A stretch of 64,000 nucleotides of DNA, from the IMG/VR virus record IMGVR_UViG_3300012347_000217, positions 46,664 through 110,663 of that record. One strand, given 5' to 3'. The number at the start of each line of letters is the position of its first letter. Positions within the stretch are counted from its first letter, which is position 1. The DNA comes from a virus. Its lineage: Duplodnaviria > Heunggongvirae > Uroviricota > Caudoviricetes. Below the pieces are notes generated by a model, which was given only the letters and a program-made list of their open reading frames with translations, did not search any database and had not been told where the DNA came from. Shown in pieces: positions 43,988-52,164 of this stretch. The position numbers were made by a program, and so were the translations under genes.

Positions 43988-44545
43988 ATGCGAAGTAAAC
44001 CAATACTTTTTAGCATCGTGTTCTCGGCACTCATCTTCACAGCCGCAATGGTTAACGTCAACTACCACGACTTACCGTTTAAAACTGGCTACAATTCCCT
44101 CAATGAAGAAACACAACGACAGGTCACCTGTCTAGCCGAGAATATTTACTTTGAAGCGGCGCATGAACCGCTCGAAGGAAAGAAAGCAGTAGCTTTCGTA
44201 ACCATCAACCGTGTGCTAACTGGAAATTATGCACCGACTATCTGTGATGTAGTATATCAAAAGAAGGGAAACGTTTGTCAATTCTCATGGTACTGCGATA
44301 ACAAGTTTACCAGTAGAAGGTTGACAATCAAAGAGACTAACCTGTATAATGAGATTCGTGACTTAGCATTACACGTGGTTCTAAACTACGAAAAGTTGAG
44401 TGACGTAACCTATGGTGCAACATTCTATCATGCCGATTACGTAAAACCTAATTGGAAGAAACTTGATAAAGTTGACCAAATCGGTCGTCATATTTTCTAT
44501 AAATCGAAGATTGACGAAATTGACAAAAATAGGAGTTTTATATGA
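43988..44545 (+). CDS. SleB-like cell wall hydrolase with N-terminal signal/anchor sequence (candidate secreted or SAR endolysin)
   Basis: ATG 43988 after RBS AGGAGAA; MRSKPILFSIVFSALIFTAAMVNV hydrophobic N-terminus; CLAENIYFEAAHEPLEGKKAVAFVTINRV matches the SleB hydrolase family; the track start 43934 is a TTG reading through the RNA element. Confidence 0.75.
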   Translation: MRSKPILFSIVFSALIFTAAMVNVNYHDLPFKTGYNSLNEETQRQVTCLAENIYFEAAHEPLEGKKAVAFVTINRVLTGNYAPTICDVVYQKKGNVCQFSWYCDNKFTSRRLTIKETNLYNEIRDLALHVVLNYEKLSDVTYGATFYHADYVKPNWKKLDKVDQIGRHIFYKSKIDEIDKNRSFI

Positions 44546-44760
44546 GCAAAGACGTAATTACCTTTATGGTTTGTGCAACAATCGTTATGCTGGCACTTAT
44601 TGGTGCTGGAGTAATGATGAACTTGAATGACAAAACCAATATGGCCAAGAACATTGAATCGGCTATCAATAAAGGTATTGATCCATTGTCAGTAAAATGT
44701 GCATATGATAGCAGTTCTACTACGACCTGTATTACCTATGCAGCAACAGCGAAAAAATAA
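44542..44760 (+). CDS. small membrane protein (possible holin/spanin-type lysis partner)
   Basis: 72 aa; TM helix FMVCATIVMLALIGAGVMM; ATGA overlap with the hydrolase gene. Confidence 0.45.
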   Translation: MSKDVITFMVCATIVMLALIGAGVMMNLNDKTNMAKNIESAINKGIDPLSVKCAYDSSSTTTCITYAATAKK

Positions 44761-44981
44761 TGCCTACAAAAGAAGAAATTAAAAATTTCAGTGAAATCAT
44801 TGAAAAACGTGTCCTTGAAACTGACGAGGACTATATGGATGCAGTGATTGCCCATTGTGCAGAAACTGGTTTTGAAATTGAATTGGCTGCCACTTTACTG
44901 GCATCACCAATCAAGGCAAAGATTGGTGAAGAAGCACAGGCAATGAATATGATGAAGAAAGTGAATCGTCTACCACTATGA
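44760..44981 (+). CDS. gp33-like late transcription co-activator (tentative)
   Basis: 73 aa; DYMDAVIAHCAETGFEIELAATLLASPIKAKI resembles the T4 gp33 C-terminal region; lies directly upstream of gene 59 as in T4. Confidence 0.4.
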   Translation: MPTKEEIKNFSEIIEKRVLETDEDYMDAVIAHCAETGFEIELAATLLASPIKAKIGEEAQAMNMMKKVNRLPL

Positions 44982-45583
44982 ACGAAGCCGGCGGATTTGA
45001 AGCCTATGCAATGTATAATGCCCTCAAGCTGCATTTCACAGGCAATTATGATTATGTAAAATACAGCGGAAAAACATCTGTATCCAAAGACCAATTCTTA
45101 TTGCGCAAGGATAAATTTCAATTCTACAAACTAAGTAGAAAATATAAGCGTGAAGAAATGTTTGGATTCTTGGTGGCCAATCTGCTGGAAAAGCCAAAAC
45201 TATGGGCCGGCGACCTCTTATCGGAAGATGCTGACTCCATCTACAAGGTTTGGATGCGAACCCAACAATCACTACACTATATCTTTGAACAGGACCTTAA
45301 CTACCTTTTTGATTTGGTAGATACGCCTGACATGATAATCAAAGTGGTTGACGGTGAGTATCCAATCCTTTATAATGCGTATCTGCAAGGTAAAGTGCAA
45401 CAAGAAACAATCATCATTATGAACGACATTATGGGCTTTATGCCTATGTGGACTAAAAAGATTTCTGATGATATCGTATTCCCTGGTTTCACCAAGCAAT
45501 GTGCAAAATATGCACCATTCATTAATTATGATAAGGCTAAATTTATGGCCACTTTGAGGAACAAATTATGTCAGTTCGCATAG
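44978..45583 (+). CDS. 59: gp59 helicase loader
   Basis: YAMYNALKLHFTGNYDYVKYSG...FQFYKLSRKYKREEMFGFLVANLLEKPKLWAGDL closely parallels T4 gp59 YKLYLMIKQHMNGKYDVIKYNW...YFFQKLSEKYKLKELALIFISNLVANQDAWIGDI. Confidence 0.85.
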   Translation: MNEAGGFEAYAMYNALKLHFTGNYDYVKYSGKTSVSKDQFLLRKDKFQFYKLSRKYKREEMFGFLVANLLEKPKLWAGDLLSEDADSIYKVWMRTQQSLHYIFEQDLNYLFDLVDTPDMIIKVVDGEYPILYNAYLQGKVQQETIIIMNDIMGFMPMWTKKISDDIVFPGFTKQCAKYAPFINYDKAKFMATLRNKLCQFA

Positions 45584-46056
45584 ACAAAATTTATGTAGAT
45601 ATGGATGGTGTTATCGCCGACTTCTACAAACGATACCGTGAAATGTTCAATATTGATCCAGATGATGCTCGTTATAAAGAGCAGTTCTATGGTAACTTCC
45701 CATACTTCATTCAGACAGAACAATTTGCTACACTGGATTTAATGCCAGATGCACGACAACTGATTGACTTCTTAGATATCTTAGCTATTCCCAAACAGAT
45801 TCTATCATCTACTGCTCGACCAGAAAATAATGCCGCTATCTCTATGCAGAAGGCTCGTTGGTTGGCAACACACAACATCGTTTATAGAACGAACTTTGTA
45901 CCTGGAAAACAACACAAGTACAAGTTCGCCACACCAAATTCAATCATCATTGACGATACAAAGTCAGTCATTGACGATTGGACGAAAGCAGGTGGTATCG
46001 GTATTCATCACAAAAATGCCGAAAATACCATCGAAATCTTGAAATCGTATCTCTAA
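45568..46056 (+). CDS. HAD-superfamily 5'(3')-deoxyribonucleotidase (NT5C-like)
   Basis: N-terminal IYVDMDGVIADF (DxDG motif); 162 aa. Confidence 0.75.
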   Translation: MSVRIDKIYVDMDGVIADFYKRYREMFNIDPDDARYKEQFYGNFPYFIQTEQFATLDLMPDARQLIDFLDILAIPKQILSSTARPENNAAISMQKARWLATHNIVYRTNFVPGKQHKYKFATPNSIIIDDTKSVIDDWTKAGGIGIHHKNAENTIEILKSYL

Positions 46057-46136
46057 GATGGATATATACCATACACATTATGATATATTGACATACATCG
46101 AAATACAAACATACAACGTTATACAAGGAAAATACA

Positions 46137-47027
46137 ATGTCTTCATTCGCAAATCTCAAGCGCAACTCCGGCAACCTAGACAAGCTTGCCAAAGCTATCG
46201 AACAACTCAATAGCTCAGACTCCAACTCCAAAGACGACAATTTCTGGAAACCAGAAGTAGACAAAGCCGGTAACGGTTATGCTGTACTGCGTTTCTTGCC
46301 AGCACCTTCAGTAGATGGTGATGACGGTCTCCCATGGGTTAAAGTGTTTGACCACGGCTTCCAAGGTCCTGGTGGTTGGTACATTGAGAACTCGCTGACC
46401 ACACTCGGTCACAAAGATCCAGTTTCAGAATACAACTCACAGTTGTGGAACTCAGGCATCGAAGCAAACAAAGAAATCGCACGTAAACAAAAGCGCCGCC
46501 TTTCTTATATCTGCAACGTGTATGTTGTAGAAGATTCAAAGAACCCACAAAACGAAGGCAAAGTCTTCTTGTACAAGTTCGGTAAGAAAATCTTCGACAA
46601 GATTAACGAAGCAATGAACCCACAGTTCGAAGATGAAAAAGCAGTTAACCCATTTGACCTCTGGTCTGGTGCTAACTTCAAGTTGAAGATTCGTAATGTG
46701 GAAGGCTATCGCAACTATGACAAGTCCGAATTCGCAGCATCTGCTCCTTTGATGGAAGATGATGAAAAGATGGAAGCAGTCTGGAAGAAAGAATACTCTC
46801 TCAAAGAGTTTGTTGCACCAGAAAACTTCAAGTCATATGACGAGTTGAAAGCACGTTTGGATAAAGTGTTGGGTGTTGATGGTTCTGCGCCAGCACCACG
46901 TACAACAGTTGAACAAGCGAAAGCATCTGCTCCACGTAAGCCAGTTCAGGCAGAAGATTCACCTGCTCCAGTAGCAACTGATGACGATGACGATATGGCA
47001 TATTTCAGCAAGCTAGCCGCTGAATAA
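46137..47027 (+). CDS. 32: gp32 single-stranded DNA-binding protein
   Basis: KPEVDKAGNGYAVLRFLP...HGFQGPGGWYIENS...NEGKVFLYKFGKKIFDKI matches T4 gp32 KLKLDNAGNGQAVIRFLP...HGFKKNGKWYIE...NEGKVFKYRFGKKIWDKI; acidic C-terminal tail. Confidence 0.95.
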   Translation: MSSFANLKRNSGNLDKLAKAIEQLNSSDSNSKDDNFWKPEVDKAGNGYAVLRFLPAPSVDGDDGLPWVKVFDHGFQGPGGWYIENSLTTLGHKDPVSEYNSQLWNSGIEANKEIARKQKRRLSYICNVYVVEDSKNPQNEGKVFLYKFGKKIFDKINEAMNPQFEDEKAVNPFDLWSGANFKLKIRNVEGYRNYDKSEFAASAPLMEDDEKMEAVWKKEYSLKEFVAPENFKSYDELKARLDKVLGVDGSAPAPRTTVEQAKASAPRKPVQAEDSPAPVATDDDDDMAYFSKLAAE

Positions 47028-47030
47028 AGG

Positions 47031-47056
47031 AAAGGGACCTTCGGGTCCCTTTTTTA
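47031..47056. terminator. bidirectional rho-independent terminator between convergent genes
   Basis: GGGACC-TTCG-GGTCCC flanked by an A-run upstream and T-run downstream. Confidence 0.8.
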
Positions 47057-48439
47057 ATATCCGTGTACTCTTGATGCCTGCTGTACTCTGTCTAAGATAT
47101 GTGTTGTATCTCTTTGTGTGGCAGAGGATGAAATCTGTTTATCAGGAATAGAGCCAGCAGAACTTGTACCTGATACGATTGGACCTGGAGCAGGCGTGAT
47201 ACCAGCAATAGCAGATGTATTCAAGTCGTTGTTCTCACCAATCAGTCTAGACAGGAACGAAGACTTTGGTGCTTCTGTAACTGGTGTTGCTTCCATCTTC
47301 ATAGGTTGTGGTGCAACAGGTGTCGTAGTAGGAATAGCAGGCTTAGATGCTTCTTCTGCTTGCTTACCAACTTTAGTCTCTTTAGCCTCAGGCATCTTAG
47401 TGTTTGTCAACTCAGCAGCCAACTCAGGATCAACATCCTTTAACTTGTCAGGCACCTTGAATGGTACAGTGTAGTTGGTCAGATTAGCACGGTCTTCCTT
47501 AGATACACCAAGTTTCTCCAAGTACTCGTCAGCATTGACCTGATACACTCTGGTCATAAATGGAGCATCTTTCAACAGAGCCTTTCTTGCTCGTTGTTTC
47601 TTCTGTATTTCTTCTGGTGATACATTTTCCTCTTGCTGCTTCATAATCTCGGTACCCACAGCACCCTCATTACCGGCACCCAGTATACCTTTAGTGGTTT
47701 CTTCGGCATTCTTGTCGAGAGCTAAAAGAGATAGCAAGGTAGCACCAGCCAACAGACCAATACCAATGGGATTCAGAGCAAAAAACCCAACAATATCTTT
47801 CAATTTTGGACCAAGTTTAGTGATCCATTCGAAGGCTTTATATACACCTTCAAGCATAGTACCGAATGAGGCCTTCACACTATCAATTAACTGCTTTACG
47901 AAATCCATGAAACCGCCACCCTCTTTTTTGACAGGTGTTGCAGTCTCAGTGTTTGTATATTTTCTCAGAACCTCGATGAACTCATCATGCTTTCTCTGTG
48001 CTTCATTTTGTCTTTCTTCAGCAAATGATTCTCTCAGCGCACGTGCCTTTACATCTTCCTCACGAGTCTTCTTCATAAACGTAAACATCTGTGATAGTAC
48101 AGATGACATATCTTCGGCTGGTTCACCCTCTTGTTGTGGTGCCATCATAGGTATTTGTGTAACACCTCTTGCCTGCTGTCTCTTATTACCAGCAAAATGT
48201 TCGATGCTATCCTGTTTTCTACCAGTGATTCTACCTAATAGAGCAGGCGCCCAACGACTACCACCAGTGATTACCTTGGCCATATTCATTGGATCGAACT
48301 TCTCTTGAAAACCTGTGGCTTTCGCCTTCATCTTCAAGCTGATGGCTTTACCTGCCGAAGCAAAAGCTCCACCAGGAGCTTGTCGTACTAAATCTGCAAA
48401 AGATGTATCACGGATTTTCTTAGCTACTTTGTATTCCAT
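47054..48439 (-). CDS. large virion-associated protein, paralogue A (tape-measure or hub-associated candidate)
   Basis: 461 aa; N-terminal ~90 aa alignable with the next gene (FADLVRQAPGG..GKAISLKMKAKATGFQEKFDPMNMAK vs LGDLMADKLVSG..GGAISQKFKAKVKGFKEKFDLLNMAK); Pro/Thr-rich C-terminus. Confidence 0.55.
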   Translation of the reverse strand: MEYKVAKKIRDTSFADLVRQAPGGAFASAGKAISLKMKAKATGFQEKFDPMNMAKVITGGSRWAPALLGRITGRKQDSIEHFAGNKRQQARGVTQIPMMAPQQEGEPAEDMSSVLSQMFTFMKKTREEDVKARALRESFAEERQNEAQRKHDEFIEVLRKYTNTETATPVKKEGGGFMDFVKQLIDSVKASFGTMLEGVYKAFEWITKLGPKLKDIVGFFALNPIGIGLLAGATLLSLLALDKNAEETTKGILGAGNEGAVGTEIMKQQEENVSPEEIQKKQRARKALLKDAPFMTRVYQVNADEYLEKLGVSKEDRANLTNYTVPFKVPDKLKDVDPELAAELTNTKMPEAKETKVGKQAEEASKPAIPTTTPVAPQPMKMEATPVTEAPKSSFLSRLIGENNDLNTSAIAGITPAPGPIVSGTSSAGSIPDKQISSSATQRDTTHILDRVQQASRVHGY

Positions 48440-49932
48440 TATCGCACCATTGGGTTAATATCAACCGGTTTAGCCGGAGTCGTAACAGTTTTTTGTTGTA
48501 TTGTTTGGCTATTGTGGTTCATAATGATAACTGGTGCATTAGATTGTTGCACCATATCTTTCTTCGTATCTGCCACTTGTTTGGAATTAGCATCAACCTT
48601 CTCAGACACATTTGTTTGGGATGGAATTTGTGTTGCCTTAGCCTTTGACTGGTTTATTTCACGGTCTTTACGCAAGAACTCTTTAGCCTGTTCGACAGTC
48701 ATCGAGGCTTTGTTACCCGAACCATAATGTGAGGACTTGCCACCAGGAATATCAGGGTCAGCAATAGATGCCCATTCTAGTGATAGCTGTTTAACTGCAT
48801 CATGCAGTAGCTTTGGATCATCCACAGAGCTATTCAGATACTTGACGATAGCTGGTCGTTTCATTGCAATTAGATAATCGGTGAAAATCTTTTCTTGCAG
48901 TTGACCAGTAAACTTTTCTTTAGGACTAATCTTCAGTTTGGTCACAGCATCACGTAGAGTATCAGGAATCACCTGATATTTACCAACAGCAAACAACTTC
49001 TCGTTCTCGTTGGCAGAACCCCACTTGATTGCCTGTCTACGCATAATCTCCTCGATAGTCATTTCTTCGAGGTTCAACTTCTCTTTGACAGCAATGATTT
49101 TGTTTTCACGTGTGCCTTTGTTGGCAGCATTGTAGCTACCTTTGGCAGATTCACCTTTGGCAATCTCACTACCAATGATAGAAACACCAGCAGTGGCAGC
49201 AATCAATGGTGCACCTGCTTTTGCAGCCGTAGCAGTAGACTTTGCAGCAGACTTTGCAATTTCAACAACACGAGTAGCCGCTTCAGTGACAGGTTTCTCT
49301 GGCACAGTGGCCGGCTTTTTGATTTCTAGTTTACCTTCGACAGCCTTCTCACGCTTTTGAAGTTCTTTCTCACGCTTAGCCGCCTGTCGTTTCATTTCTT
49401 TTTCGGCTTTGTTCTTCACTTTGGTGGCTTCTACCAACACATCAATGACCTCTTTGTGTCTGTCATTCTCTATCTCAGCATTAAGCATATCGTAAGTGGA
49501 TTGTTCTTCTTGCTGTTCGAGGTCAATCTCTCTTGACTTCTCCATGAGATTTAAGATATTTTTCAGCAACTTTTTAGATTTGCCAGAATTCTTTGGTGCA
49601 ACTGGTTGTGGTGGCGGTGGTGCTCCCATAATAGAGTCAACACCACGCATGTAACGTCTACGTTCTTTGACACCAGTGAAGTAGCCAATATCTTCTGCAC
49701 TTCTACCGATAGCTTTACCAAACAGAGTCGTAAGTGTTTTATTACCGAAGAACAAAAACTTGGCCATGTTCAATAGGTCAAACTTCTCCTTGAAGCCTTT
49801 GACTTTCGCTTTGAACTTTTGAGAGATTGCTCCACCAATGGATGCGCCGATACCCTGGCCAGAAACCAGTTTATCGGCCATTAGGTCACCTAAGCCGGTT
49901 CTCCTAACTCTGGCAGCATCGTAGTAGTTCAT
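48439..49932 (-). CDS. large virion-associated protein, paralogue B, with Lys/Glu-rich coiled coil
   Basis: 497 aa; shared N-terminal domain with 47054..48439; central KREKELQKREKAVEGK coiled coil. Confidence 0.55.
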   Translation of the reverse strand: MNYYDAARVRRTGLGDLMADKLVSGQGIGASIGGAISQKFKAKVKGFKEKFDLLNMAKFLFFGNKTLTTLFGKAIGRSAEDIGYFTGVKERRRYMRGVDSIMGAPPPPQPVAPKNSGKSKKLLKNILNLMEKSREIDLEQQEEQSTYDMLNAEIENDRHKEVIDVLVEATKVKNKAEKEMKRQAAKREKELQKREKAVEGKLEIKKPATVPEKPVTEAATRVVEIAKSAAKSTATAAKAGAPLIAATAGVSIIGSEIAKGESAKGSYNAANKGTRENKIIAVKEKLNLEEMTIEEIMRRQAIKWGSANENEKLFAVGKYQVIPDTLRDAVTKLKISPKEKFTGQLQEKIFTDYLIAMKRPAIVKYLNSSVDDPKLLHDAVKQLSLEWASIADPDIPGGKSSHYGSGNKASMTVEQAKEFLRKDREINQSKAKATQIPSQTNVSEKVDANSKQVADTKKDMVQQSNAPVIIMNHNSQTIQQKTVTTPAKPVDINPMVR

Positions 49933-50122
49933 CTAATCCTTCTCTCGTTTTGTTTCTGCTTCAACTTCTCATTTTCTTCCTCAAGATATTGTATCAATAA
50001 TGCAACGTAAATATCTCTTTCCCACGGTATCATATTTTCTAGTTCTGTTAAACTGTACTTATGATGTTGCATCATAGAGAAATTAGTTTTATAGTAATTT
50101 CTCAAATTATCATGGCAAAATA

Positions 50123-50848
50123 TTAACCGAAAAAACTTTCCAGTCCTTCAACGTCAAACTTGTGTTCAAAGCCGCAACGTGAACACTTCATTTCAATTTT
50201 CTTTTCTAATGTAGGAAGATTCGTGAAGAAGTCTTCAATCTTTGAAAACTGCTGTTGATTCAAACTTTCAAGAAACTCCATGATTTCTTCACGGCTAGTC
50301 TCTTTCGCATAGTACATCTGTTCACCGTTATAAACATACTCAATCGAATCTGCAATCATGCTGAAAGCAATATCGACCTCATTTGTCATCTTGGAAATTT
50401 GTTTCAGTACAGAAAATTCTGGATACTTCAACTTGATAGAGATTTTCTCAGTAAGTTGAATAACGTCATCACCCTCTTTTAGGCCGGTGATACCGATATC
50501 CAAAATGTTGAGTGATGTTTCCATAATATTGCCACACACCTTCTCATCGACGGTGTTATCACAACGGTATTTGTTTTCGACAACTTCACCTACAGACCTT
50601 GCACGTAACTGCAAGAAGTAATATTCAACGTCCAATACTGGAAGTTTGTCGATATTAATTCCTTCTGTTAGTGTACAGTTGGTAAGTACTTGCTTAATAT
50701 TCTTTTCGATGGATTCTGTTTCACCAGATTCCATTGCCATTAAAAGGTTCTTCTGTTCTTTCACGAGGAAAGGACGGAATTTAATTTGTTTCTTTGAAAG
50801 TGGTAATTCCAATTCATAAATCGGTGTGTCGATTTTTGGTAAAGCCAT
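50123..50848 (-). CDS. structural-module protein with C-terminal zinc ribbon
   Basis: 241 aa; ...CGNIMET...CSRCGFEHKF. Confidence 0.5.
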   Translation of the reverse strand: MALPKIDTPIYELELPLSKKQIKFRPFLVKEQKNLLMAMESGETESIEKNIKQVLTNCTLTEGINIDKLPVLDVEYYFLQLRARSVGEVVENKYRCDNTVDEKVCGNIMETSLNILDIGITGLKEGDDVIQLTEKISIKLKYPEFSVLKQISKMTNEVDIAFSMIADSIEYVYNGEQMYYAKETSREEIMEFLESLNQQQFSKIEDFFTNLPTLEKKIEMKCSRCGFEHKFDVEGLESFFG

Positions 50849-50862
50849 AATTTACTCCATTT

Positions 50863-51531
50863 TTATCTATAATCTATATCAGGGTTAAACGCTCTTTTGG
50901 TTGTTTGCGTATTTTTTTCTGCTTCTGCTGTGATTTCTGGTATGGTTTTGAAACCAGTATTCATACCAGCAGCCAAGGAATTCTCAATCAATTCCATTGT
51001 TAGGTTCTCAAGTGAGTTATTTCTCCAGCTTGTGTATGCAAACACAACTGTAAGTCTGTGGTGCGAATCGGATGACCAATCTAGATTCATAGAATTCATT
51101 GATATCGGATAAGCATCAATCAAATCAACCGAATATGAAACTCTATTCTGTATATCATATTGGTTGATTCTCAAAGTCGAAGCATAGTCGGCTTTGTATT
51201 TTAAGTTGTAGTTGATAGTTGGATTAATCCAGTTCATCCATGCATCAAATAACAGTTTCTCTTTCATATCATCACCAACGATAAACGTGAGTGCGATATC
51301 ACCGAAGGTCGATTGGTATGGAAACTTTTCTTCTACACCATAAATCTTCTGATTCATGGTGGCGATAGTACGACCAGGAAGTTCTGCATTTTCACAACGC
51401 ATAGACATTCTACGTGCTGTTCCACGGTAGGGGATGAGACCGACAGGAATAGGAATATCAACGTCGAATCGACTTGGTCTTGCTATGTCTGTATTGAAAC
51501 TTGCTTTGAAATCTGCGATTGATCCAGCCAT
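50863..51531 (-). CDS. tail-tube-fold protein (gp19/gp54/gp48 family)
   Basis: ARPSRFDVDIPIP and MNLDWSSDSHHRLTVVFAYTSW parallel T4 gp19 ARPNLFQVEI and LQLDWDSNNEIQTFEVTLALDYW. Confidence 0.55.
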   Translation of the reverse strand: MAGSIADFKASFNTDIARPSRFDVDIPIPVGLIPYRGTARRMSMRCENAELPGRTIATMNQKIYGVEEKFPYQSTFGDIALTFIVGDDMKEKLLFDAWMNWINPTINYNLKYKADYASTLRINQYDIQNRVSYSVDLIDAYPISMNSMNLDWSSDSHHRLTVVFAYTSWRNNSLENLTMELIENSLAAGMNTGFKTIPEITAEAEKNTQTTKRAFNPDIDYR

Positions 51532-52151
51532 TATTGGTTACCTGCTATTTGGTTAAGTGAATCTTTGTACACTTTAGTCTTAGTAGCCTTTTGGAAGTTT
51601 GCTGTCGGTAGATACAAAGCAGTTTCCCATTCGGAAGGCTTAATAGTTTTGATTTTTGAACGTATTTGCTTGTTCAAATAGTGTTTGATACAAGGCTTGA
51701 ATTCCTTGTATCGTTCTGTTGCTTTCAAAATATCATAAGTCACAAGTATGCGTCTAGGTTCATCGTTTGAATTTGTGACTGCAAGTTCCATGAGTTTATC
51801 AAGGAATGCAGCACGAACCAAAGGTGGCAAATAGTGTAAGTTGAGGCCCAAGAAACCAGGTTCACCGTTTGCACCAGCTTTTGGGTGCAAAGGAATCACC
51901 AATGGAAACGTATCGTAGTATGGTAGTTTCTCTTTGGTTGCAGGATCATATGCAAACTGATACAGTCCACCCATCTGAAATCTACCGCCACGAGATTCAG
52001 CCAAGATTTCTTGTGCTAATTTCGCAGGTGAAGTTCTAATGTCTCTGACGTTTTCTTGTAGCCAAAGCATGGACTGACGGCCCAAGAACGCCAGTTCTAA
52101 GACAGTCTTCTGTTTTGCTAATGTTGTAAGGGTTGAGGGTTTTGTAGCCAT
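51531..52151 (-). CDS. structural-module protein of unknown function
   Basis: 206 aa; ATGA overlap with the downstream gene. Confidence 0.5.
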   Translation of the reverse strand: MATKPSTLTTLAKQKTVLELAFLGRQSMLWLQENVRDIRTSPAKLAQEILAESRGGRFQMGGLYQFAYDPATKEKLPYYDTFPLVIPLHPKAGANGEPGFLGLNLHYLPPLVRAAFLDKLMELAVTNSNDEPRRILVTYDILKATERYKEFKPCIKHYLNKQIRSKIKTIKPSEWETALYLPTANFQKATKTKVYKDSLNQIAGNQ

Positions 52152-52164
52152 CCAGTATTTATGC

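Noticed and set aside
47118-49360. Plus-strand ORFs 47118..47474, 47694..48308, 48512..48727 and 49142..49360 opposite the two large minus-strand genes
   Set aside because: They are low-complexity Ser/Ala/Gly-rich translations antisense to Lys/Glu/Ala-rich coding sequence. The minus-strand genes are long, paralogous and abut the terminator.
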